Of a stretch of 64,000 nt of DNA, positions 29,496 to 39,916 are shown piece by piece. Origin of the DNA: Promethearchaeota archaeon (GTDB lineage Archaea > Asgardarchaeota > Lokiarchaeia > Sigyniarchaeales > SOKP01); contig JAUVNS010000011.1 in assembly GCA_030599585.1 (NCBI GenBank), forward strand, positions 128,001 through 192,000. Direction: 5' to 3'. Made by a program: the position numbers and the translations under genes. Below the pieces are notes generated by a model, which saw only the letters and a list, made by a program, of their open reading frames with translations, was not told the origin of the DNA and made no database searches. Position 1 is the stretch's first letter. Each line of letters opens with the position of its first letter.

Positions 29496-30080
29496 TTGAA
29501 GTCTGGATATAGTTATGTAAAAGATACTTTCGAAAAACACGAAACTGGATATCAAACAAATCACTGGAAAAGAGGAATTGAATACAGAAAAGGAAAATCT
29601 ATTGAACGAGTTGAAAAACCGACTAAATTGCATAGAGCACGTACTTTAGGCTATAAGGCAAAACAAGGATATGTCGTTGTTCGAGCTAGAATCCGAAAAG
29701 GGGGAATGCATAAAGTTAGACCAAAAAGGGGGAGAAAACCTCGAGCAATGGGTGTTTCTAAGTACACAACCGGTAAAAATTTACAATGGGTAGCTGAAGA
29801 ACGCGTACAGCGAAAATACCCAAATTTAGAGGTTCTGAATAGCTATAAAGTATATGCCGATGGAAGGAGTTGGTATTACGAAGTTATTATGGTGGACCCA
29901 AGTCATCCGGTTATTAAATCAGACCCAAAAATTAATTGGATTTGCGAACCTCAACACACAAGAAGAGTAGCTCGTGGATTATCTTCTTCTGGAAAGAAAG
30001 CACGCGGATTATATAAGAAAGGATGGGGTTCCGAAAAAACTCGACCAAGCTTAGGTGCCAATAAGGGGCGTGGAAAGTAA
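29496..30080 (+). CDS. rpl15e: 50S ribosomal protein L15e
   Basis: RARTLGYKAKQG, AEERV..KYPNLEVLNSY, YEVIMVDPSHP, RGLSSSG. Confidence 0.97.
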   Translation: MKSGYSYVKDTFEKHETGYQTNHWKRGIEYRKGKSIERVEKPTKLHRARTLGYKAKQGYVVVRARIRKGGMHKVRPKRGRKPRAMGVSKYTTGKNLQWVAEERVQRKYPNLEVLNSYKVYADGRSWYYEVIMVDPSHPVIKSDPKINWICEPQHTRRVARGLSSSGKKARGLYKKGWGSEKTRPSLGANKGRGK

Positions 30081-30196
30081 TTAGAACTACATACTTAACC
30101 CTAGTCTTATCTACTTAATAATAAAAGCAATATTTTAATTATTTGCAAATTATTTAATTTATATTAAAACAAAATAATACATTTTTTTAGAACTCA

Positions 30197-30331
30197 GGAC
30201 TCGTAGCCTAGCATGGCTGTTTTTACTCCAGTATAAATGGTGTAAATAGGGCGTCGGACTTCTAATCCGAATGTCGCAGGTTCGAAATTATGAATTAAAA
30301 AATAATTCAAACGAAAATCCTGCCGGGTCCG
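30197..30331 (+). tRNA. tRNA-Arg(TCT) with two non-canonical introns (30217-30245 at 19/20; 30287-30317 at 59/60)
   Basis: Acceptor GGACTCG/CGGGTCC; anticodon arm TCGGA-CT TCT AA-TCCGA; both inserts form bulge-helix-bulge motifs, and removing them restores D-loop AGCATGGATA and T-loop TTCGAAT. Confidence 0.9.
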
Positions 30332-30514
30332 CTTAATTTCAAAATAAGAATATTGTGTTTGGCTTGATTTCATCGTAAGCAGGTGATTTAAGCCTAATGG
30401 ATAAATCTTTTCTACAAAAATTAATAAATCATTAATAGATGGTTTTTTTTATATTTGACGTATAATAGTTAATAAATTAATATTTTTGAATCACCTTTAT
30501 GAACCAAGAATTCC

Positions 30515-31240
30515 ATGCTTAAGAAAAAATTATTTATTCATCAGAATATCCCATATGCCTTTAACTGGAATATCGCACACCACAAACAAAAAATATCTCC
30601 TGAAAACCCTTATCGAGAGGAATTTAAAACTCTGGGTTCTTACTTTAAAAAGATTTACCAAGGAACCATACCGAATGAGTTATTCAATACACGCAACCTC
30701 CCACGCGTCTCGCAATTTAAAATCCGAGGTTTGAGACCCGCTTTCCTAAACAGTTTTAGTAAAAAATTAATTCGAGAGGGAAAAATTATGCAATATGGTT
30801 CAGATTCAAAATTACCGAATTATGCCAATACAGTTTATGAAAATTTTAGAGTTAACAAAATTGGTAAAAAGCCTGGGCACGAACCGATTTTAAAGAATAT
30901 TTTAATCAAAGATAGTAATTCTGTTGCGATTGAAATACCCATATGGAAAAAGATTGATAATAAGGTAGTAACCGGACATATTGACCTTATTCAAATCGAA
31001 AACTCTCTAGTAAAGGTGATAGATTATAAGCCTGAAGGAAATTTTATGATTTCTCTTCCACAAGTTGCCACATACGGACTTTTAGTTAAGTCCATGTTCA
31101 ATTTACATAAAATTAGATGCGTTTCCTTTAATAAGAAGGAGGCTTGGGAATACGATCCAGATATTTTATTGTCTGATGTTAAAAACTACTTAATCTCACA
31201 GAGAGTTAACAATAGAACTTGGGAAGACTACTTGATCTAG
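30515..31240 (+). CDS. PD-(D/E)XK (RecB-like) nuclease family protein
   Basis: AIEIPI, GHIDLI, VIDYK, QVATY. Confidence 0.8.
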   Translation: MLKKKLFIHQNIPYAFNWNIAHHKQKISPENPYREEFKTLGSYFKKIYQGTIPNELFNTRNLPRVSQFKIRGLRPAFLNSFSKKLIREGKIMQYGSDSKLPNYANTVYENFRVNKIGKKPGHEPILKNILIKDSNSVAIEIPIWKKIDNKVVTGHIDLIQIENSLVKVIDYKPEGNFMISLPQVATYGLLVKSMFNLHKIRCVSFNKKEAWEYDPDILLSDVKNYLISQRVNNRTWEDYLI

Positions 31241-31247
31241 GTATAAT

Positions 31248-31520
31248 CTACTTCAATTTTGTTTTTACTTTTTGGACTGATTTATTACGCCCCTCTTCTT
31301 TTGGAATGACATATCTTCGAAGTAAGAAATAACTTATGATAATACCTATAACCTCAACGGTAATTCCAGCAAAGGCAATTATAGTTCCTTCAAAACCTGC
31401 AAATCTTAGGAATATTGCAAAACCTAAACCAGAAATTGTAAGTCCTACAAGAAGTATTCCAATTAAAATCTGTGAAAACGAAGATTTTATGTATCCTAAT
31501 TCCTTTTTTAACCAGGGCAT
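31248..31520 (-). CDS. Small membrane protein (2 TM)
   Basis: Two hydrophobic segments and a basic C-terminal tail. Confidence 0.65.
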   Translation of the reverse strand: MPWLKKELGYIKSSFSQILIGILLVGLTISGLGFAIFLRFAGFEGTIIAFAGITVEVIGIIISYFLLRRYVIPKEEGRNKSVQKVKTKLK

Positions 31521-31621
31521 AAGTAAATCAAATGAATTTAAATAGAGTTTTAGTGTAAAATTGTAAGTAAATTAAATTATATTAATTTTAAAATTTTTGT
31601 TATTTTTTTTTGAAGTGTTTA

Positions 31622-34018
31622 CTATTTTTTAGGTTTCTTCTTAAATTTAATGTAGAGCGCTTTATCGAATAAATTTCCAATTTTTAAGGCAATTTTGTTT
31701 GAAATTTTGTATCGTTCTCCTTCTAACATCCCTTTAATTTCTTCGGGATTCGGAGAGCGATGTAGTCTCTCAGAGAGAATTTCATTAATAAATGTTGCTA
31801 CTTCATGTTTTATTCTTTCTATATCGGGTAATTTCATATCTGGAACGAAAGATTTAATTTTTTCGACCGCAAACAAATAAAACTCGCAGAATCTAGAAAA
31901 AATATCGCCCTTTAATCCACAATGTAATTGAATTTGTTCAGTTAGTGTTTTTGTATCTTTTTTGCTCCAATAAAATTGTTGTGGATTCACCCCACGACGG
32001 CTAATTCCCATTAAATTTGATGTAATTTTACGTTCAATCCAATTAAATGTGCTTTCTTGACGCAACTTAATGATTTCTTTTTTCTTATCATCTTCTTTTT
32101 TTTTTTTTTCTACATTCACACTTTCAATTCTAACTTTTTCAAATTCTACTAATTCTTCAAACCTTTTTATTAGATCGTAAGCGATACAATACGATACAGG
32201 AGATACAAGGTCCGCTTTTAGTTTTAAGGGTGATATCCCTTTATAAACAAAACTTTCTTGGTTCTTTAACTCTGTCATACTATCTTTGAGAGATTTTATT
32301 TTCAAACGTGATAATATAAATCCATTTATAAGAAAAACCTGATTAACTGCATTAAAAACTACTACAAGTTCTTTTTGCCTTTTCATGGTTCTCTCGATAC
32401 TTAACTCCTCCAATTTAACTTGAACCCAATCTTCAAAACCCTTGTTTTCTGTAACCACCATTAAAGCCCGGGAGTAAATTGCCTTATCATTTGAAATTAT
32501 ACCATATAACTCTATTATCCTGCTTAATTGCCTTAGAATTTTCGATAATAAATTGTAAAATAAATCTGTTACTATATTACTTATTATCTCATCATAGTCA
32601 AGAAGAAGTAGTATTTGGGAGTAATTGCTTAAATTCAAACCTTGAAAGAAAATCTTGTCAACGGTTTGTTTTTTCCTTACAAACTCTCTCAGATCATTTA
32701 TATTAATCTCTGTCTTATCCTCTAAAATATCCCATAACTCGATATATTCGGTTTCATTTCTATAGAGAATTTTAAATAAATCAAATTCAACATTATCAGC
32801 AACTTTTGTAATAAATTTCTCAAGATACGGAAATTTCATGCTACATAAGGCTTTTTTTGCCACATTTATCAAGTTTTTTTGATTGTCATTTAATAAGATT
32901 AAATCTTGTTTTTTTATATTATATCTTATCATGCTTTTCTGTACATTTTCAGCTAACTCATAATCAACATTCATTAAATGTAAAGTATCCTTAATTCCCC
33001 TCTTATTAAGTAAAAAAATAGCATCCTCAAAACTTGATTCATTTAAACTTTGAAGGAAGTAGATAAAATCATTTGGATTCTTTTTTAACTGCTTAATTAG
33101 GGCGATTTTTAATTCTGAAAGAATTATCTTTTCAAATTCATCATAATTAAGATCTTCCTTAAAGGCGTTTTCAATTGACTTGATAGTTTCTTTTTTTAAA
33201 TTATTCCCTTCAATAAAAGTTTTTAAGCCTGATATAGATATAGGAAATTTATTTAATTCATATTCCATTATACGTTTCTTTATCATCCGGATAGACATTG
33301 TTTGGATTTGTAATTCCTTATAGGATTTGAATTCAAATTGGTTTTGCATCCTCTCGATTATTCTATTTAGAGTAAAAACCTCAATGAATTTATCTTCTTT
33401 CTCTTCCTTCTTCAATTGTTCTTCAATTGGAAGCGAGACGCCTTTAAACGCAGCGCTTTCTTCTAAAATTTCATTTTTTACGATTTCATTTAAACCAATG
33501 ATGTCTCCTATAAAATCGTAAAAATAATAGGATGGTGATTTGGATATAATATTTAACAGTTCTCGTTCGATTTGATTTTCGATTTCCTCTATTCTTTTTC
33601 TTCTTTGAGATTGTTGTAGGCGACCTAGCCTTTCGTCTATTAACAATGATAAGAACATATTTTCTAAATTAATAATTTCATCGAATAGAGCTCTTTCTAA
33701 TTCAAAAGAATTTTTTAAAAAAATCTCAACTTCTTCCATTAGAATATGTTTCTCGTCCATTTCAAGCTGTTTAGTCGAATCAACTGTCAACTTGTTTGTA
33801 TCTAAAGATTCTTCTACTTTTATACCCATGTAATGGTACAAATGAACTGCTGCTGTAGCGATTAGGAGAGATCGTAATGTAGGTTCTTTACGAATCAATT
33901 CGAAAATTTTTTCTTTATCTGCTTCTCTTTTCAAATGGGAAATTATTAAATCTACGGTCTGAAAAAACCTTGAAGCACTTTCAGTTGCTGTTGATTTTCT
34001 TTTTACTCCGCTTATCAT
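31622..34018 (-). CDS. Large helical hypothetical protein
   Basis: ~800-codon ORF; ATG 34018 overlaps the upstream TGA (ATGA coupling). Confidence 0.8.
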   Translation of the reverse strand: MISGVKRKSTATESASRFFQTVDLIISHLKREADKEKIFELIRKEPTLRSLLIATAAVHLYHYMGIKVEESLDTNKLTVDSTKQLEMDEKHILMEEVEIFLKNSFELERALFDEIINLENMFLSLLIDERLGRLQQSQRRKRIEEIENQIERELLNIISKSPSYYFYDFIGDIIGLNEIVKNEILEESAAFKGVSLPIEEQLKKEEKEDKFIEVFTLNRIIERMQNQFEFKSYKELQIQTMSIRMIKKRIMEYELNKFPISISGLKTFIEGNNLKKETIKSIENAFKEDLNYDEFEKIILSELKIALIKQLKKNPNDFIYFLQSLNESSFEDAIFLLNKRGIKDTLHLMNVDYELAENVQKSMIRYNIKKQDLILLNDNQKNLINVAKKALCSMKFPYLEKFITKVADNVEFDLFKILYRNETEYIELWDILEDKTEININDLREFVRKKQTVDKIFFQGLNLSNYSQILLLLDYDEIISNIVTDLFYNLLSKILRQLSRIIELYGIISNDKAIYSRALMVVTENKGFEDWVQVKLEELSIERTMKRQKELVVVFNAVNQVFLINGFILSRLKIKSLKDSMTELKNQESFVYKGISPLKLKADLVSPVSYCIAYDLIKRFEELVEFEKVRIESVNVEKKKKEDDKKKEIIKLRQESTFNWIERKITSNLMGISRRGVNPQQFYWSKKDTKTLTEQIQLHCGLKGDIFSRFCEFYLFAVEKIKSFVPDMKLPDIERIKHEVATFINEILSERLHRSPNPEEIKGMLEGERYKISNKIALKIGNLFDKALYIKFKKKPKK

Positions 34019-36342
34019 AATTTTTTTATCCACTCTCTATATACTTCCTTAAAATTATCTGCAATATCATATTTTGCTTTATTGTGCCAGTATTTAAACT
34101 CAAAAACATGAAATAAGTCAGCGCTGAATAAATCAACTTCTTCCGCAGTTAATTCTTGTTTTAAAATTAAAGAAACTGGCCGAGGTATTAATTTTGAGAA
34201 ATATCTGAGCTCATTTTTTTTCAAGTAATTATAAAATGTGTTCTGTTCATCAATACTAAGATAATTTTTAGGGATAACTTTTTCTGGCTCAATTTTAAAT
34301 AAGTTAATCTCTTTTTCAACTTTATTTTGGATATATTTTGGAAATTCAGTTTTTATACCAATACAAAATTCATACTGTTTATAGAAATCTATCAAAATTT
34401 CTTTTTCTACATCATTTGAAATTCTTAAAATGTATTTGTCTAAAAATTTGAGGAATGCTTCTGGTTCCTGCTCGTTTGATTCACGTTCTTCTAAATATTT
34501 TATAAATTCAAATAATGTTTCGTCTAAAGACCACTTCCGTATTTCTTCAATACTAAAAAATTTCTTAGCATAATCCTTTATCCATTCTAATATATATGTT
34601 TTCCAAGTTAAATTTATCGCTCCTATTCGTTTTTCTAGGAAGCGATGGAATCTATTTGCAAAAGTTACTGGATCACTAATTTCTCCATCTGGTTCTTCTT
34701 TAAGAAATCGATTAATAGTAGTATATCTCAGAATGTAGCTTAATAAATATTTTAATTCATCTGAGAACCGTTCAAATTTCTTTACATGCGAGTCTATTAT
34801 TTTTGAATCTTTTTCCATTTGGATTTCGGCGAATGCAATTAAGTCACTAATGTTTAAGTTAATATTACCATAGAACGATTTGATGTTGTCATTTATTAAC
34901 TTTTTAAATTCTTTATTTAATATTTCTTCGTTAAAAACACCAACTTTTAATAATACAAATGGATTTATCTCTATCTGCGATATTAAATGTTGCTCGAATT
35001 TACCCAAAATATTTTGCCCTAAATTTTTAGAAGGTTTTTGTTCATTTTCAAATTTTTCATGTAAAATTCTAGTAAAGTGAGAGATCAAAGTATTCAATCT
35101 ACGGTGTGATAAATATCGCGGAAACGAGTTTCTAATACAACTAATGCTATTTTTAAGGACTTCAGCAAAATAATTTATTACAGAACCTAATTCACTTGCC
35201 CTCAGCTTTTCTTCACTAATAATTGAAAGAGTCATTGAATTTATAGCTAATTCGCTGATAGTTCGATAAAAATCAATACTTTCTTCAGAATTTTCAATTA
35301 TAAATGAGTTATATTTTTCTAACAACTCCGAGATATTACCTATTTCGCCGGTTGTTAGGAATTTCTTAGAAATTTTTAAAAAATTATCAACTTTGACATT
35401 AAAATCAGTTAACATTTTTTCCATATAGGAAATAATTTCGACACCAGAGAAGAGTTTTTGATTTTTACCAAAACTTTCCTCTATTTTAGCTATAAAAAAT
35501 GATATAACTTTTTCTTGGATTTCATCAGTTGTCCCAGTATTAGCTAATTTAAGTAAATTGGTTCCTAGAATTAACGTTTTTTCTATAATAAAATTTGCAC
35601 TCGGCTCTGAAATAGCATATTTAAGGTGATCTATGGTTGACTTTCCAATATATGGTGATTTAAGCCGATCATATTTTTGATTTGTAAACTTAATCTCAAT
35701 AGGGCTTTTATTCCAGAGATAATCTACATCCGTTCTTATCGATCCATAAGTGGACAACATTTCTTTTTCAGTTGGTAAAGAAACGCTTAAGCCTATTAAT
35801 TTTTTATTCCATTTATCCTCAATCAAATCCCCATAAAGTTTTTTGCTAAATCGAGTAGCGAATTTATTATATACCTGAATTTTTTTTTGATGTTCTAATC
35901 CGGGATGATTAGAAAACTCTTCTACTTCGTAAAATAATTTACTTATATTGTTAATTGATTCTCTTGATTTGTGTGGATCTAGATATCCCGTTTCTGGTTT
36001 TAAAGCAAGTAATAAACTTTCACACTCCTTATATTTGCCGGGAATGAGTACCATTGATTTTGGGTAAATGTTTATTTGAGCGTCTTTTTGATCGAAATTG
36101 TACAACTCGAATTCTATTGAAAATACTTCAGAACCAGCAAAATCCCTCAACATAGCATTATACATTCGAAGGAATGTTATTACTTCCTTAGAAAGCTCGT
36201 TAACCATTTCTTTAGTTAGTTTTCCTGGTCCTATTACATCTCCCGCTATTAAATCTGTAGGGCTAGAGTACCCAAAGATTAATGAAAATTGAAAATTAAT
36301 AGACTCACGTGTAGTTATCATAATTTCGTTTTTTTTTTTCAA
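34015..36342 (-). CDS. Large helical hypothetical protein
   Basis: 775-codon ORF; no recognised motif. Confidence 0.8.
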   Translation of the reverse strand: MKKKNEIMITTRESINFQFSLIFGYSSPTDLIAGDVIGPGKLTKEMVNELSKEVITFLRMYNAMLRDFAGSEVFSIEFELYNFDQKDAQINIYPKSMVLIPGKYKECESLLLALKPETGYLDPHKSRESINNISKLFYEVEEFSNHPGLEHQKKIQVYNKFATRFSKKLYGDLIEDKWNKKLIGLSVSLPTEKEMLSTYGSIRTDVDYLWNKSPIEIKFTNQKYDRLKSPYIGKSTIDHLKYAISEPSANFIIEKTLILGTNLLKLANTGTTDEIQEKVISFFIAKIEESFGKNQKLFSGVEIISYMEKMLTDFNVKVDNFLKISKKFLTTGEIGNISELLEKYNSFIIENSEESIDFYRTISELAINSMTLSIISEEKLRASELGSVINYFAEVLKNSISCIRNSFPRYLSHRRLNTLISHFTRILHEKFENEQKPSKNLGQNILGKFEQHLISQIEINPFVLLKVGVFNEEILNKEFKKLINDNIKSFYGNINLNISDLIAFAEIQMEKDSKIIDSHVKKFERFSDELKYLLSYILRYTTINRFLKEEPDGEISDPVTFANRFHRFLEKRIGAINLTWKTYILEWIKDYAKKFFSIEEIRKWSLDETLFEFIKYLEERESNEQEPEAFLKFLDKYILRISNDVEKEILIDFYKQYEFCIGIKTEFPKYIQNKVEKEINLFKIEPEKVIPKNYLSIDEQNTFYNYLKKNELRYFSKLIPRPVSLILKQELTAEEVDLFSADLFHVFEFKYWHNKAKYDIADNFKEVYREWIKKL

Positions 36343-36558
36343 ATCTATTTTTATAAAAGATAAAAATCATACATTTTAACTTTTAGCAATAGATTTTTTT
36401 TGCATTTTGTGTATTACTGTTTATCATTATTTTTCTATGTATTAATTAATAATTATAGAGAAGAAAAAATAAAGAAATAAAAAGTATCAATATTATATTA
36501 ATAATAGTTAAGTGAAGTAAAACCTCAAATAGCAATCTACCGTGGATGGTGATACGAA

Positions 36559-36963
36559 TTGGAGTTTGGTACAGATCTTGGAATTGGGCCCGATGAAATC
36601 GAAAAAATAAGTCCTCAAATTACTTTTATCACTTCGAACGCAGATATAGAAGCCATCGCACTTGTGAGCTTGGAAGGCTATCAGATCGCTTTTTCAGCGC
36701 TTCCGCAATATGAGGTTGATGGCGACCAGTTTTGTGGACTAGCTAGCGCACTTTTAATGACTGGAAGTTCAACAATTAAAACACTCTTTCAAGAAGATTT
36801 AAGCGAAATAATTGTGAGAGCTGAGAATGGTTATGTTATTGTTAGTAACGCAGGTCGTCTCGTAATCGTATGTGCAGGAACTATTATTGATACATTGATG
36901 AAAACTGTTAAAGTAATGAGAGTTGCTGCAAAGAATTTAGCTATGGTTTTTGAACAAAAATAA
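36559..36963 (+). CDS. Roadblock/LC7 domain protein
   Basis: IEAIALVSLEGYQI, LSEIIVRAENGYVIV; GGTGA RBS before TTG. Confidence 0.85.
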   Translation: MEFGTDLGIGPDEIEKISPQITFITSNADIEAIALVSLEGYQIAFSALPQYEVDGDQFCGLASALLMTGSSTIKTLFQEDLSEIIVRAENGYVIVSNAGRLVIVCAGTIIDTLMKTVKVMRVAAKNLAMVFEQK

Positions 36964-37050
36964 TAAAAATTAATTTTTTTATTGAAGAATAAGTTTATAT
37001 TGCTTCGATAATAATTTTATCAATACAAATACATTTTATGGTTAATATTG

Positions 37051-37122
37051 ATGTTCGCTAAAATAAACCTCCTTAAATGTTGGCGAGGACTATGGCGTTT
37101 TAAAACGCTTTTTCAATGGTAA
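37051..37122 (+). promoter_or_regulatory. Putative Trp leader peptide / attenuator (MFAKINLLKCWRGLWRFKTLFQW)
   Basis: 3 TGG codons in 23 codons upstream of trpB2; hairpin GCGTT-TTAA-AACGC followed by T5; TATA-like TTTATAT near 36994. Confidence 0.6.
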
Positions 37123-37273
37123 AACCATAAATTTTGCTCTGACTAGTTTTTAACATCATTTTTTAATAACAAGTATTGCATCTGCAATCAAGCATTATTA
37201 TTATTGATTTCCAATTTTAAGATGAGACATCATTTAAATTTGATGATGGAAAAATAGTTAAAAGGAAATAAAT

Positions 37274-38674
37274 ATGACAGATTTTTATAATACAAGAATT
37301 TTACTTGAACCGAATGAAATACCAAAAGAGTGGGTTAACATTGTACCAGATTTACCTGCTCCCATGACGCCCTTAATAAATCCAATGGATGGAAAACCTG
37401 CACCTCCTGAACTTGCATTTGCAATATTTCCAAAGGAATGTGTACTTCAGGAAATATCTCAAGAACCTACAATTCAAATTCCTAAGGAATTAAGGGAGCT
37501 TTACGCTAGATCTTATAGGCCTACACCGCTTCATAGAGCATATGGTTTAGAGAAAGAACTTGGAATTGAAAGCGAAAATATCAAAATTTTCTATAAAAAT
37601 GAGTCGGTTTCTCCTACGGGATCTCACAAACCAAACACAGCTCTAGCTCAAGCTTACTATTCTAAAAGAGATGGAGTCGAGGAATTGATAACTGAAACAG
37701 GAGCAGGTCAATGGGGTTCTGCCTTATCTTACGGATGTAATTTATTTGACATAAAGTGTACTGTTTACATGGTGAGAGCTAGCTTTATCCAAAAACCGGG
37801 AAGAAAAATATTGATGAGAGCTTTTAATGGTCAAGTTCATGCAAGCCCTTCAAAATTAACAGAATCTGGAAAATCTTATTATGAAAAAGACCCAGATCAC
37901 CCAGGAAGTTTAGGAATTGCTATATCTGAAGCGGTTGAACATAGTTTGAGAAGTGAGAAATCGAGATATTCTTTAGGGAGCGTTGTGAATTTCGTTCTTT
38001 TACATCAAACGATCATAGGACAAGAGGTTAAAGCACAACTACAAAAAGCTAACGTGGAGCCTGATGTTCTGATTGGATGTATGGGAGGGGGGTCTAATTT
38101 AGGAGGTCTAATGATTCCTTTCGCAAAGGAAAAATTACACGGAAAATATCCTGATTTAGAGATCGTGGGAGTAGAACCCAGAGCGTGCCCAAGTGTAAAC
38201 AAAGGAGAATATAGATGGGACTTTGGAGATTCTGCCAAAAAAGCTCCAATTTTAAAAATGTATACATTAGGTCATAATTTTATTCCAAGCCCAATTCATG
38301 CAGGAGGATTAAGATATCACGGAATGGCTCCAATAATATCTATATTAGCAAAGAAAAAGATAATTTCCTCAGTTATGCATCACCAAACTGAAGTTATTGG
38401 AGCAGGTTTGCTTTTTGCTAAGACAGAAGGAATTCTGCCTGCGCCTGAAGCGGCTCATGCTGTGAAAGAAGCGATTGATCAAGCCTTGAGAGCTAAAGAG
38501 AACTCCGAAAAGAAAACAATCGTTTTCTGCTTAAGTGGACATGGATTTTTTGATTTATTAGCTTATAAAGAATATATGGTTGGTAATTTGATAGATTATG
38601 AACTACCAAGCGATGATATCCAAAAAGCTTTAAACGCTCCTGATATGCCTAATATTGATGATACGCAGTTTTAA
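37274..38674 (+). CDS. trpB2: Tryptophan synthase beta chain, TrpB2 type
   Basis: YRPTPLHRA, GSHKPN PLP lysine, TETGAGQWG, GGGSN, HAGGLRYHG, LSGHG. Confidence 0.95.
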   Translation: MTDFYNTRILLEPNEIPKEWVNIVPDLPAPMTPLINPMDGKPAPPELAFAIFPKECVLQEISQEPTIQIPKELRELYARSYRPTPLHRAYGLEKELGIESENIKIFYKNESVSPTGSHKPNTALAQAYYSKRDGVEELITETGAGQWGSALSYGCNLFDIKCTVYMVRASFIQKPGRKILMRAFNGQVHASPSKLTESGKSYYEKDPDHPGSLGIAISEAVEHSLRSEKSRYSLGSVVNFVLLHQTIIGQEVKAQLQKANVEPDVLIGCMGGGSNLGGLMIPFAKEKLHGKYPDLEIVGVEPRACPSVNKGEYRWDFGDSAKKAPILKMYTLGHNFIPSPIHAGGLRYHGMAPIISILAKKKIISSVMHHQTEVIGAGLLFAKTEGILPAPEAAHAVKEAIDQALRAKENSEKKTIVFCLSGHGFFDLLAYKEYMVGNLIDYELPSDDIQKALNAPDMPNIDDTQF

Positions 38675-38766
38675 ATACAATTAAGGACTTTTTACACACT
38701 TTTTTTTCATTTTTAATAAAGATTTTAAAATTTCTCAGATAATATCTAGAAGAAAACATAAAGAGA

Positions 38767-39861
38767 TTGTTATTTTTGGATGCACTATCTATAATAATTA
38801 TTTGTATTCTGTATATTTATGGCTTAATTTCTCTTTATACTGCTTTTTTGGCGAAAAAAAGAAATGAAAAAGGGGCTTTCATTAATAACCTTGTAAATTC
38901 ATTAATCCTCATTGTTAGCATTACAATTAATTTATCAATAAATCTTCTAAATATTTCCGTTATTGGGTTCATAGTATTTCCTTTTGACATATTTATGATA
39001 ATTTTTATAATATTTTTCTTACCTCATTTTTTATTATCCGTAAATAGAGAAAAAAGAAAGGTTAGATTAAAAGAGAAACAAACAGAAGAAGAAAATTTTA
39101 ATTTGGCTGAAGAATTACCTTTTAAATACGAACTTTACAGAAAAATAACACATTTAGTAGTCTTAGGAATCGCTTTTTTCTATTTTACGCTTGGATTTTT
39201 GGTTCAAAATATTTTTATTTATATTCTAGAGCTTTTCCCAGATATTGTTTCTGAGTTCTTCTTCTCAATCTATAATATTGAAGCAAATAAAATGATCTTT
39301 ACTCAATACTTGGTAGTTTTTTTAGTTGGAGTATCCTTAATTGGGTTACTTACAGCAGATTTTATTAGAATTTTAAAACCAAACATTTACCCGTTAAAAT
39401 CAATTAATAGAATTCTTAGGAAAAAGGAACGGCACATGAGATTAGGTCCACATATTTCTATGGGAATTGGTTGTTTTTCAATTATAATAATGTATGGCCC
39501 TTTCCAGCCTGTTGGGCCAATTATTATATGTATATCGATGACTATGTCTATTTTTGGAGATATGGCTGCTAATTTGGTGGGAAGAAAATTCGGGCATTAC
39601 AACATTCGAAAAACTAAAAAGACTTACGAGGGGTTAATTGCTGGAATGAGCATAGCATACATCTCAGGTATTATTACATTACTATTTATAAATCAATTAT
39701 ATCCAATTAACCCCTTTAGTATGATAATCCTTCCCTCTATTGGTACTCTTGTGATAGGATTTATAGACTATTTAGATTTAGATGTTGACGATAATTTGTC
39801 ATTTAATTTCATACTTTCAACTACTCTTTTCGTTATTTCATTATTCATTTTGCGTTTATAA
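38767..39861 (+). CDS. Dolichol/phytol/diacylglycerol kinase-like membrane protein
   Basis: RKITH, GDMAANLVGRKFG, KKTYEG, DDN; multiple TM segments. Confidence 0.8.
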   Translation: MLFLDALSIIIICILYIYGLISLYTAFLAKKRNEKGAFINNLVNSLILIVSITINLSINLLNISVIGFIVFPFDIFMIIFIIFFLPHFLLSVNREKRKVRLKEKQTEEENFNLAEELPFKYELYRKITHLVVLGIAFFYFTLGFLVQNIFIYILELFPDIVSEFFFSIYNIEANKMIFTQYLVVFLVGVSLIGLLTADFIRILKPNIYPLKSINRILRKKERHMRLGPHISMGIGCFSIIIMYGPFQPVGPIIICISMTMSIFGDMAANLVGRKFGHYNIRKTKKTYEGLIAGMSIAYISGIITLLFINQLYPINPFSMIILPSIGTLVIGFIDYLDLDVDDNLSFNFILSTTLFVISLFILRL

Positions 39862-39916
39862 TTTAAGAGATGTTATTAGCAAAATTTTTCAATCACAAAA
39901 TTTTATTTAAAAGAAC

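Noticed and set aside
30515-31240. Cas4 or an integrated element at tRNA-Arg
   Set aside because: No four-Cys Fe-S motif, no integrase, and no duplicated tRNA 3' end found.
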